Shown here piece after piece: positions 23,065 through 34,221 of a stretch of 34,849 nt of DNA. Position 1 is the stretch's first letter; the number at the start of each line of letters is the position of its first letter. The notes beneath the pieces are model-generated. The model ran no database searches and was not told the origin of the DNA. It worked only from the letters and a program-made list of their open reading frames with translations. The stretch comes from Neolecta irregularis DAH-3 (Eukaryota). The stretch spans positions 1-34,849 of the forward strand of contig LXFE01000603.1 in assembly GCA_001929475.1 (NCBI GenBank), given 5' to 3'. Position numbers and translations under genes: made by a program.

Positions 23065-24704
23065 ATGTCCTTGGCAGACGAACTTCTTGCTGATTTCGGA
23101 TCAGACCCCGAAGATCAGGACCACAATCAAGAAGAACCAAACTCAAAGGATGGGGTTCACCATCCCATCTCTGACAACGACAATGAGGAAAGCACCACCA
23201 CGGCGATCAAAAACATCCAAACGGATAATGCGGATCTCACGGAAGCAGAACAGATCGAGAAGATCGTGATGAAAGAAATACAAGATGTTGGGAGAGTCGC
23301 TAAAGTCATGCAGTCGAAATATGTCGATGAAGTGTTGAAAGTATTTGATCCCTTCTCTGAGAGAGTTGATGAATAGCAAATCGATTACTACAGTCAGCAC
23401 GAGAAATTGCAAATCGTTGGAAATATCGAAGATGATCCGGAATATCGACTTATTGTTCAGGCAAATAATGTTGTCGTGGATATCGATAACGAAATTTTGT
23501 TGGTTCATAAGGCATTATTTTTCTTTCCTGTAGAACTAAAGTGTAGTTCATCCGCGATCATTACGGAGAAAAGTTCACTGAACTCGAATCACTAGTCATA
23601 CATCCTCTTGATTATGCAAAGTCTGTAAAAGCTATCGGGAATGAAACCGATATTACGAAAGTCGATCTCAAATTTCTTCAAGCAGCAACAGTAATGGTCG
23701 TCACCGTTACATCTACAACTACAGCTGGATCCCCCCTCTCAGAGCACAGATTGAACATCGTCATGAAGGCCTGTGATATGGCTTTATCTCTAGACGCAGC
23801 AAAACGAAAGATTCTTGATTACGTACAATCACGAATGTCATTGATTGCTCCGAATCTTTCCGCAATTATCGGATCTTCGACAGCCGCGAAGTTGATCGGT
23901 ATTGCTGGAGGACTTACTGCTCTTAGTAAAGTACCTGCATGCAACGTTTCCGCCCTTGGTGCAAAGAGAGCAACCCAAATTGGATTTTCGACAGGGGTTA
24001 CTATACGACATCAAGGATTTCTATTCCATTCTGAGCTAATTCAGCGAACACCCCCAGACTTCAGAAAACAGGCACAACGTATTGTTAGCGGCAAAATCAT
24101 TCTTGCTGCTCGAATTGATCGCATTCACGAAAGCTTGGATGGTTCTCATCTTTCCCCAATCTAAACTAACTAAGTAGGCTCAGTAGGACTCAAACTGCTG
24201 GATGAAGTTACCACGAAACTCGAAAAACTTAGCGAACCTGCGCCCAAAAAGAATGTAAAGGCTCTCCCCGCTCCTGACGATCCCGCTCGGAGGCGGCGAG
24301 GCGGCAAACGCGTTCGAAAGCAAAAAGAAGCATTTGCAGTAACCGAACTTCGCCGCCAGCAAAATCGAATGGCATTCGGAAAGGAGGAAATGGAGGTTGG
24401 TGTTTACGATGAGACTGTTGGTTTGGGGATGATCGGCCAATCTGATCAGGGAAAATTGAGAGCTGCTGCAGCTGATTCGCGTACAAAAACTAAATTGCCC
24501 AAGCACCTCAGAAATCGAATGGATGCCCTTAGAAGTTCAGCCGGAAACACAGGAAATTTGGATGGGACGATGTCGAGTTTGGTTATGAGTAGTCAACAAG
24601 GGATTAGTCTTGTCAATCCACTGCTTGCGGAACAACAAAAGAATAAGCTAAAGGAGGCTAATGAAGGTTATTTCTCGGGAATTTGGACAAGTGTGAAAAA
24701 ATGA
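23065..24704 (+). CDS. PRP31: U4/U6.U5 tri-snRNP splicing factor Prp31 (Nop domain)
   Basis: MSLADELLADF; GNIEDDPEYRLIVQAN; VHK|FIRDHY; VQSRMSLIAPNLSAIIGS; SKVPACN; RRRRGGKRVRKQKEAFAVTELRRQQNRMAFGKEE. Introns 23341-23376, 23512-23546 (GC-AG), 24142-24177. Confidence 0.95.
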
Positions 24705-26316
24705 TTTCTGGCTCATCTCAGAGGTTTGTATATAATAGTTTATTGGCCTTCACCTGCATAAGTCTGATTTTATTTTCGAATATGGGTACATATCCCGGTC
24801 AGAAAGGGTTTTCTTCTACCATTCTAGAGATTGGTTTCAATTCTCCTGCGATACTATATCCCTTTAATCACGTGGTGTTCTTAGTTGAAGCTCTATGGAT
24901 TACTAATTGCAGAGAATCTCGTGCCAACCTGCTGATAAGATAATTGGTCAGAGTTTAATTATAGGTGCTATTAATATAATGGGGATTGTTCATTTCTAAT
25001 TAACGGAAATGTATTTTCTTGATATGAGACGTTGAGAGTTAACGTATTTCGAAGAGTTCGTCCGTCCCGTCTACCCTTTGGTAGCTCTAAACCAAATCTT
25101 GAATATGAAAGGCTCATTTCAGCTGCATTTTGCTGGAGCTTTGCAGAACACACAAATGTTTGAAAGGAACGACTCGGCATATGTTGTGTGACATAGTTTG
25201 AAGAAACCATGTGGAGAAAGAGAAATCCAGGCGAGGAATTGGATTGCATTCTTCAAATGAAGCAACCCATTGATTTTAGTCCTGTTAGATCCCATGGACA
25301 GATAATTTTCCCTTTGAGTAATTTAACTTCTGGGATTCAAACCCTAAGCTAAACAGTTATGTGAAAGGGAAGTAACGGCGAGTACAATTTGCTCAAGGGT
25401 TGCAGATGAGGTTTATTTTATTCCACTAGATGCAAATTGAATCTTAATTAACTTTCGTGGGAATCTTTATCAGGCCAGAAAACATGCCGTATGAGCCGAT
25501 CTTTAATGTCTTCTATAATATACCTAATTCTCGTTAGGTAATTAAATAGTAGATCGCGAACTTTGTGTATACGTGTTTGTAAGCTCCAAAATTTTCCACA
25601 TGTAGGAAGATCAAGCCTTTTGAAACTAAGAACCTGAGATAGCCTATTTTTAAATACTGGTTATTGAACTAAGATTAGAAGCTCTACAAACTGTTGCAAC
25701 TACTATTTTTGCTACAAATATTTACCATCTTGTCTAATAAACTTTCATATCTGCAAATTTTCCGTCAAAACAATTCGATAAGAGAGACGACATGAATTGC
25801 GCAAGAAAGTTGAAATGGCGGTTTCCAGGCTGTAGATAAGTTTTGGTTCCCGAACTCAGGCTAGTACCCACTGCGAAAGCTTCATCATGCCGATTTTAAG
25901 GCCGACCGCCACGAAACAACCGATATCACCTTTTTGAATCACCGTACAACCGCTCTACCGGACGATAACCGCTTATGAGAATTCAACTTGTGTTTGTTCC
26001 TCGTCCACGTAAGCCATCTCTGCGGGGATTGCCGTGATAAAATACCTTTGACGATCAGCATTGCGTATACTCTTTCAGTTACTGTCAACGCATACGATTC
26101 TTGGAAGACAATTTGCCTATGTTCTAAATTGTGTTGGATCTAGTCTGGCTTCTCCACTCTTTCCACGTCAATTGTGATTTCCAGAAATAGAAACTGGGGA
26201 CTAGAATATTTTTCACAACGCCGCATGTGTTAAATGACTGACTACCTCAGCAACCACGTACGTCATCATACAAGATATTCCGTGGCCACGGAAACGAAAT
26301 GAATATCAATTGAGTG

Positions 26317-26323
26317 TATAAAA
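26317..26323 (+). promoter_or_regulatory. Candidate TATA box of the downstream hypothetical gene
   Basis: TATAAAA about 136 nt upstream of ATG 26459, a spacing similar to that seen at RSR1. Confidence 0.3.
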
Positions 26324-26458
26324 TGCCATCGCTGTCAACTCTAGTCCACAAAAATTTCCTTGGTTTTTTTAGCCCGTCGACTTCTTTGACAGCAGTCGTC
26401 CTCCTCTCCGTCTCATCTAATTATACCTTTGTTTATCTACCAAGACCTAATCGCTGAA

Positions 26459-26994
26459 ATGAGCTTTATGATGGATCCATCAAAACTTATATTCGATTAC
26501 TCGTCGTATTCTTTTAACCTGTAATGCCTTTCTAATCCTAAAAGCTTCAAGAGCCCAGAAAGCCATTTTGCAACACCGGAACCGCTTCAAAAGAGACCAA
26601 ATAGTCGTCTCAAGTTTTATAACCCAATGGCTCAGGTCTGGGCCATTGTAACGCCTCATCGAGAGAGCATGTTTCTTCTTACAATTGTATGTATATTTCC
26701 CGTATTAAGCTCTCATTAATTCTTCTTGTCAAGTCCGGGCCTACCGACTACCCTCAGCAACATTGGTTGAACTGGGATATTCTCGACTCAGCGAAACAAT
26801 TTCTCGCAAAACAGTTGTGCTGTTACCCTGGTTGCGTTCAAGTTGAGACAATCGACCAGCGAAGCGGCGAGGTCCTCAGCGTTCGGGGCGAAAAAGATGG
26901 TACCCTTGAGTTCATCCGGGAGTGTTTTGGGCAATGGAAAAGGTATGATAAGGTTTGGGATCATCAAACTACTGGCCAGAAGGGAAAGCAGTGA
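26459..26994 (+). CDS. Hypothetical three-exon protein
   Basis: ATG 26459; introns 26506-26544 and 26687-26733 join a continuous frame MSFMMDPSKLIFDYSSFKSPE...FLLTI|SGPTDYPQQHWLNWDIL...GKQ*. An additional upstream exon from ATG 26323 is possible. No family recognised. Confidence 0.5.
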
Positions 26995-27254
26995 GCCATT
27001 TCGATTCAGACAGGGACTGGACGATTCTTTGTGATGGTTTTGTTAAGATAGGTGTGCGTGGTTCTTTTTTGTAAATATTGACTTCGTCTCGGTCTTGGCG
27101 TCGGTCATATGTCTCTTCTTTTTGGTGTTTGGGAGGGTTGGAGAAGGCTTGTGACCAAGATAGTTATTTCCTTTGGGATGATATATACTGCAAAGCTCCC
27201 ATATATATCATACTACCCACCTTGATATCTAGTTTCTATTTATCCAGTCAATCT

Positions 27255-28062
27255 CTATTTCTCCAGAGAAGCGGCAAGATACGCAGCCCATCCAGCGTCT
27301 CGGTATCTCTTAGCCTCAACCACAACATCCTCCGCACCGTATATTCCTCTTCCGACTATGATCACGTCGGACCCCGAGTCGATGGCCTGCTGGGGGGTAC
27401 GATATTGCTGGCCAAATGAATCTCTGGAAGTGTCCAAGGACACACCGGGAGTGAAGACTAAAAAGTCATCGTCGGAGACCTTTCGTCCAGCAACAAATCC
27501 GATGACGAAATCTTTGTTCCTTTGAGCCATTGAGATACAGGATTCGGTGTAAGAACCGGTAGCCATCGATCCCTCTGACGACATTTCCGCCAAAAGAAGC
27601 AGGCCGCGTCCTTTCTCAAGACCGCCTTCCTTCAGCCCCGCGACGATCCCATCTCCGGGAAGAGGATGAGCATTGGTTATGTCGGCCCAGGACGAGATCT
27701 TGTAGATACCCGAAGTGTACTGCAGTTTGACGGTATTCCCGATATCCGCAAACTTGCGATCTTCGAAAATCAAAAAGTCGTGGCGGGCCTGGAGTTCCTG
27801 CAGCCGACGGATAAATTCCTGGTCAAAATCCTCGAGAATGTCGATATGCGTCTGCACGGGTCAACACCGAGACAGAGAAGCAGATGACTTTGAGCACACA
27901 GATGTAGGGTCCGACAGCATCAACAAGGGTGAGCAAAGCGGTCTTGCGCGTAAGGTCTGCGGCGACGCATAGATTCGAATTCTTGCGCTGGATGATGCCA
28001 AACAATCTCTGTACAACTGAATTGGTGTAGTGGGCTGCGCGCTCAGTGTAGGTATCAACCAT
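27255..28062 (-). CDS. URA3: Orotidine-5'-phosphate decarboxylase (ura4/pyrG orthologue)
   Basis: [36 protein letters not shown] active-site signature; [26 protein letters not shown]. Intron 27852-27888. Confidence 0.97.
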
Positions 28063-28461
28063 CGTTTTGGAGGCGAGTCCTAGCGTTGTTTTACTGTAAA
28101 AATGCAAACCAGTGTCATCGGAGAATCATAATTGAACAATTACATCTATCATACCATGCAAAACTGTGTGACATGAATCTTTCTTCTATCCTAAAGAATC
28201 GCGCACTCCCTACAGACAGTCATCAGCTCCGTTATGCAAGGAAACTTCCATGCAGATGATTCCCCTGACGTATATCTATATTATATATTGGAAAATATCA
28301 GAAGGAATAAATTGACCTCAAATAAACTCGATCAAGGAAACCTTGTACAACAAACAAAAAATCGATTACTCATACCCATCGCCAACTCCGAACAAAGTCT
28401 TGCATCAGAACAAGATAACACCGAGAAAAACAATCCGGGACCCCAGAAACAACAGTGACAT

Positions 28462-31400
28462 CTAAATGTGCCTCATTAGAGCATGGACTTGATTTTCTCC
28501 CTCCGAATTCTCGCATCCGTACAGAATCTCGCCCCCTTCGCCTAACTTACCTCGGCCATCGGATAGAAGAGTAATGTTATTACCAGGGATGACTTGACTT
28601 AAAGCTCCTGATTCCAGATGGTGAATCTCGATGAAGGAAGGTTCAAAAGCGAGTATGTAAGGGTAATTTAGCGCTGAAAATCAATTAGAGTAACTGAAGG
28701 AAGATACCAAATGATGAAGGCATTCCTTCCCAGTGAATAATCCAATCCGACCGTGCTCTCCAACCATTCTTGTTAACAAAAAAGGCGAATTCTAGCTTAT
28801 TAGCTCCTAAAAAGGGGTCTAGCGGACCATCGTAGCAAACGAGGAATTCTCCGTTCATTCTATATATTGCAATTGGCCTAACGGTTTCTCGCCGTTGGAC
28901 GAAATCCAAGCTCGTGTCCGCAGGATCCAAAAGACTTTGTGTCTCAAGATTTTCAAGACTTACAACTTCAAATCCTTTCGCGCAACCAACGCACAACTTC
29001 GTCTTGAGAAAGTGTATCGAAGAGGACTCAGTGGGAATGTAAAATTCCTGTACAATCAGCTGAAGCAGGAAGTGGATTGCACACCTTGAATACTTTCAAC
29101 ATTTCGGTTCCACCTTGCAACAACTTTCGAAATGCAGGTTGTTTTTTTCCTTTTGAAACATGATCTACGGGCTCAAATACTTTGATCGTAGATGACAAAA
29201 CGCTGCTTTTCACGACGCACACAAGAAAGCGTCCGAGACAAACACCAACTTTAAAAAAGTTGAGATGTCCAGCGATTTTTCGTGGCCGCTTATTGGCGAG
29301 AGTTTGATCATTTGGATCAAGAGCCTCAAGTGGAAAAGAAAACAACGATTTATCAGAGAGAACGAGGATCAATCCATATTCTTCGAGAATATCCATTTGT
29401 GCAACATTCGACAGCGTTAATGTGCGCACAGGAGTCGATTTTGTTGTACTGTGTGGTTTTCGATCAGATACATATATTCCAGTATCGGTTCCATATGCAA
29501 GCTTTCTTCCGCCATCTAAAGATTAGCAATTTCAATTCGTTAAACTTGCCGAAAGGAACCAGACAGTTTACTCTGTTCCCGCCCATGAAATATTTCTCAC
29601 AAGTAACTACAGAAACAAACACACGACTTCCTTCTATCAGAAGCCTCTGTTGTGAGGATATATTCTCGATCCACTTTCTCCGATTTACATAAGTTCCCGC
29701 ATATAGCGTTATCGTATAACCTCGTCTGCCGAGATGTGTAAAAACAAGTGAATAACCACCGCTTTTTCCAGTATCAGCTTTCGTGGTTTCCAATTTTCCG
29801 TTTTTTGAGGTTCCAGGTAATAAACTGGAACTAGGTCTTTTGGTTAAAGATCCACGCGGCTCTTCGGCAGTTGAAACAACGAGCAGTTCCAGTGGAATAG
29901 GCTTCTAGTTAGCATATAATAGAAACGAAAACGCACCCTTCTAGTGACTTTGTACTGTTCTCGTTTACTTACAACCTTCACTTTAACGATCAAGAGGGCA
30001 TGGTCAAATAAGAAAACTTGAACAGTATCACCTCTGGTATCACTTGAACTTTCACGTTTTTTCAGCATGCCCTTATGTAGCATTTGCCGGTTTGGATCTG
30101 ATAACTTCAAATCGACATTTTCGCCTTGTTTGAAAGAAAGCCGTTCTTCGAGTTGCATGAGATTGAATAAATTTTCCGATTTTCCAGATTCCTCGTTTAC
30201 TCGAGCGAGAAATTGACGGATAAGTTCAATGGCTTTTGGAATATCTTCGTGATCGGAATTATCTTCATCAGTATATTTAAGAACTGCTTCAAGTAACAGT
30301 GGATAACGGGCAAGACGAGTTGTGGGCTTTGTGAGATAGCCGTTTAATTCTAGTTTTCGTGACTCCTTTAATCGTTCTGTTTCTTCCGCAAACTTGGCGA
30401 AAAAGGGATTACTGGATTTTTCCTTTTCAAATTCGTATTTGCCCCAAAGTTGGTTCGCACCATACTTGATAAAAGGCTCAAAGCGAGGGACGTATTCGAG
30501 GAAAATGTCACCAATTGTAGAGACTACTGGTTCCCGTTGTTGGCGTCGAGTCAATGCTTCTGCGAGACGACAATTGACCACATGGACTTCTAAAATATTT
30601 GAAAAAACAGTTTTTATGAATTTGTCTCGGTAAGAATCAGAGATGGTAGATTGGATTCGAAGAGGTTTTATCCAAAACTATTTCCACGTCAGTAAAACAT
30701 AAAGGCACGGTCCACGGGGAAATGTTAAGCCTAGGACTCTGAATAGAGGAAAAACTTACATCTCGTAAATATTCAAGATCTTTTACAAAATCACGCTCTG
30801 TATAGCTGACTTCGCAAATAACTTCTTGTCGTTTCTTCTCCTTGTCGGATGTCAGTTCAGCAATTTCCTTTGGAACTGAATGGATCCAGAGTTTTTGCTC
30901 GCCTTCATCTTCTTTTAAGGAGGCTCTGGAATCCGCACGTTTAAGTCCCGTCGGTTTCAAATTCAATCGCGCTTGTTGTTCTAATCTCCTTGGACACGCG
31001 ATGCTATAACATAAACGATCTCTGGTACATGTTGGGCTATAGCATTCTGTAAGAAGAGTGAAAACCCCGTTTGGAAAATCGTCCATATCCCCAGAAACAC
31101 GAGGAGATGGGGATGAAATTAAATCTGCTAGGTCGCTCGGATTCTCGAAGCTTGGCGAATTAAGCCGCTCTCTGAATTGATATATCTCATTTGCTCGATC
31201 ACGAAGACGGTGCTCGTAGGTTACATCATGAAAAAACTTTTGAGCATCGAGAGATCGACCGAGTAGTAATGCGAGATTGCGGTCCGTAGTTTTGATTAGG
31301 TGCATTATCATATCGACCGCCTCAGATCCCGAAAATGCTGCCTTATATGTAAGCCCATCCTTCTGCTTGTCTGAAAGGAAAAGTCGATTCCGAAATGCTT

Positions 31401-32223
31401 CCGACACGAGAGATAATAGAGCGGGATAAGTAACAGCTGGTCTCTTTTGACGACTCTGAACGGTAGCAGTGTTTGTAGAAGCGATTGATGATATTGAATA
31501 GGTACGATCCACTTCTGAAATACCACTGAGATTCGACGTGGTAGTCGCTGTGGAGAACTGGCGCTTCGGCGGGGCTCGAGACATGCTGTCGCTTCGCGAA
31601 TCGGATGCGGAAGAGAAGCTATGCGACCGTTCTTGCGGCGTTTGGGATAAGGAACTTGTCGCGGAAATATTTCTATTGGGCGGGGGAGCTGACTGAAGAC
31701 TCCGTGTGCGATATGAATCGGAGTTAAGTGCTGGTGCAGTAGGCGGGTCACCCGAAGATATAGATCGAGAAGAGTATGCCGGGGGAGGATATGATCGTTG
31801 TGGAAATTGATTTTGATTGCTATCATATTGAGGAGCCGTATATGAACTGGGTGCAGACGGATGGTCGTGCACTCGAATTGGTGGTGGATTGCGATAGCCA
31901 TCAGATCCATTGAAAGGGAGTTGTGGCGGTCTTTGCTGAGGCAGGGGACGTTGCTGGTAATGATGCGCCAGATACTGGGAATCCGGATAATAATGTTGGT
32001 TAGTCAACGGAGGAGGTCTAAGTTGTTGAGGAGGATGATTCAGAGAATTGACGTAAGAGAAGTTGTTATAGCCAGGCGGGAGACTTGGTCTTTGCGGCCG
32101 TTGCCCTGGTAGATGACCGGATCGCGATTGGACACCAGGAGTTCGACCAGGCGGGGGAGCATTTCCAAAGATATTATTGAAGGCTGCAGAGCGCTGATCA
32201 GACGTCGTTGCATTCGCTCGCAT
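28462..32223 (-). CDS. rgf1: Rho1 GEF, Rgf1/Rom2 type (DEP-DH-PH-CNH)
   Basis: YPALLSLVSEAF; DEP DRNLALLLGRSLDAQKFFHDVTYEHRLRD; CYSPTC...CYSIACPRRLEQQ; RQEVICEVSYTERDFVKDLEYLRD|FW; RKLELNGYLTKPTTRLARYPLLL; CNH TQSLLDPADTSLDFV; ends GEILYGCENSEGENQVHALMRHI*. Introns 30678-30759, 29902-29936, 29516-29549 (GC-AG), 29048-29084, 28792-28827, 28674-28707. Confidence 0.95.
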
Positions 32224-32842
32224 TCCGGCCTAACAATGTGTAGACAAACGTGGTATATGCGATGGGAATCTACAGGAAAGGGCAGGTACTCGGGTAAATT
32301 ATGAAGAGGGGGTCGTTCGAAGATGAGTTTTTTGGTGGTGAGTTTTCGCTGCGAGATGTTTGCGCATGTGACGGGTGTTTATGATCCATTGCCAAGACAC
32401 TTGTAATTGAGGCAACCGGCAACCGACTTCCACTTACTCGTCGTTTCATTCGGTCCTGCAGAATATATTATTGTGGGAGCGAGAGGCCCTGGCGACCAGG
32501 GCCGCAGTGTAAAATCTCTCTTTAGTTTTACTCAAGAAAGAATTCATTCAGACGTCTATCTGCGATATACTGCAAAAAGAAATGATGAATTTTGGTCGTG
32601 AGGTTGCGTTTGCAACAAAGATTCCCAGTTGCATTATCTCAATGCCTACGACTGACGAAATCATTGGAGTAACTGTATTGGCCAACATTGTCTGACATAA
32701 AACTGTTGTGAGTCCAATGCATAAATCAATTGTCAATATTCATATTCAAGCCTACATCATAGACCATTCTCATGGTGCAAGTTGATGTGTACATCTATGA
32801 GTGAGTATCATCAATTGTAGAAGAAACATTGTTGAATGTAAG

Positions 32843-32894
32843 TATGTTGCATATACAAAATTCACAGCAATAAGCAGTGTGTCCAACAGCCCGC
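32843..32894 (+). repeat. Two short blocks repeated about 1.2-1.5 kb downstream
   Basis: TATGTTGCATATACAAAATTCA (32843-32864) vs TATGCTGCACATACAAAATTCA (34310-34331), 20/22; CAGTGTGTCCAACAGCCCGC (32875-32894) vs CAGTGTGTCCACCAGCCTGC (34087-34106), 18/20. Confidence 0.7.
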
Positions 32895-33092
32895 TGCCAG
32901 TTTTATGAATGTAGTTCAAGAGGCATAAATACAAGATCTTGGATCAAAATGACCATGCACAACGTTTAGGGTTAGGTTCGGGAAACCACCTTTCCAACGT
33001 AAATAATATTGGAATTGGAAATATATGACGTTTCAGCATGATTAGATTTGCGGTCAAGACAAATTAGAACATTACCTATTAATATAAAAGAA

Positions 33093-33595
33093 TTACTTGT
33101 TAGTAATCCCGGTAGTGAACAAGTCACGAATCCCCGTAAAAAAGCTATCAAACATTTGAGTTATGTGGTTTGGCGCTCTTTTTTCCAACTTGTCATGACC
33201 ATTCATCCAAATCTTCTCATGGACTTTGGCAATAAAATTTTTGGTAGCGGCACCGAATTCCTCAATAGCTGTTGGTCCAAAGTCCTTGTCAAGGTGATCG
33301 ACCTTATTTTTGACTTAAAATGTAAGGAGATCTGTGTGCATATAAAGTTATACGTTCGTAGACGTTAACATCAATATTGTTCTCATCGAATAATTTCTGG
33401 GCGTGGTCCAACTCTTTATCGGCTTCAACTTCGAAATCTATACAAGTCAAATGGATAAATCAGGGAATGTGATCGCATGCCTTTAACTTCGTTCAACTCT
33501 TCCTCATCAATTCCAGAATGGCCATATGGGTCAGCGGGAGCGGCTGTTATCAGAGTTGCGACTGAAGCAAAGAGAACGAGATGTTTGAGTTGCAT
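33093..33595 (-). CDS. Orphan secreted prepro-peptide: signal peptide, acidic pro-region, KR site, 27-aa C-terminal peptide (139 aa)
   Basis: Exons 33595-33481, 33437-33354, 33313-33093; introns 33438-33480 (GC-AG, 43 nt) and 33314-33353 (GT-AAG, 40 nt). Translation: MQLKHLVLFASVATLITA-APADPYGHSGIDEEELNEVKDFEVEADKELDHAQKLFDENNIDVNVYELKNKVDHLDKDFGPTAIEEFGAATKNFIAKVHEKIWMNGHDKLEKR-APNHITQMFDSFFTGIRDLFTTGITNK*. Confidence 0.72.
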
Positions 33596-33945
33596 CGTGA
33601 TAACAATTGTATTTGTACTGATTGGTAGATCGGTTTCACCTACCCGATATGCCATATTTAGGGAAAATCCTGCGACTGGCTTGGCATTTGCCGTATGCGG
33701 CCTTACACCACATGCAGGTTCTTGGCCTGTTAAAAAAAGACCGCAATAAGAAATAATCTCGAATCGTGGTGTGAAGGGGTATAAAGAGGTCTCTTCAACC
33801 AACACCGAATTGTCGCTTTCGGCAAATTTCCTAAAACAGAATGCAGTGCGTCCAACTTGAAGCATGTGGTATTGTTGATAAGATATCGTGTGCAACACCA
33901 ATTTCAACAGAAAGAAGTCCTTGTAAGGATATATCCAAACTTTCT

Positions 33946-34221
33946 AACAAGTAAGCAAGTCCAATTCTGGACTTTGGACTTGCTTGCTTGCATATTTCAG
34001 GCCTTTGCACTTGCTTGCTTGGACTTACTTGCAATTTTACTTGCAAACTTGGACTTGCTTGTCTGGACTTGCTTGATAAATTTTTACAGTGTGTCCACCA
34101 GCCTGCCCGACCCGGCCGGAGGATCTCCGGCCGGCGGGCAGGTCAATCAATCTCCGGCAGGCGGGCGAGCGGGTCAAAACGTTTCCTGCAGGCAGGCAGG
34201 TCAACCCGTTTTTTTGGACAA
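33946..34221. mobile_element. Probable non-autonomous DNA-transposon (hAT/MITE-like) end remnants
   Basis: Array of (GG)ACTTGCTTG motifs with an inverted CAAGTAAGCAAGTCCA copy at its left end (33946-34075). A CAGTG-starting GC-rich block follows (34087-34221) with the palindrome CCGGCCGGAG-gat-CTCCGGCCGG and repeated GGCRGGCAGGTCAA. No transposase ORF is visible. Confidence 0.45.

Noticed and set aside
24705-26000. Short ORFs downstream of PRP31 (24683-24943, 24971-25249)
   Set aside because: No motifs and no convincing splice model; a small intron-rich gene cannot be excluded without RNA data.
28545-28550. Perfect donor-like GTAAGT near the 3' end of rgf1
   Set aside because: The frame reads through as DGRGKLGEGGEILYG to a natural stop at 28462, and no suitable branch or acceptor follows at the usual distance; treated as coding.
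32966-32976. Telomere-like TTAGGGTTAGG
   Set aside because: Fewer than two full units; compatible with chance.
33425-33907. 160-aa minus ORF as listed in the track
   Set aside because: The signal-peptide-like sequence starts at the internal ATG 33595; the upstream part looks non-coding and the tail runs into an intron. Replaced by the spliced model.
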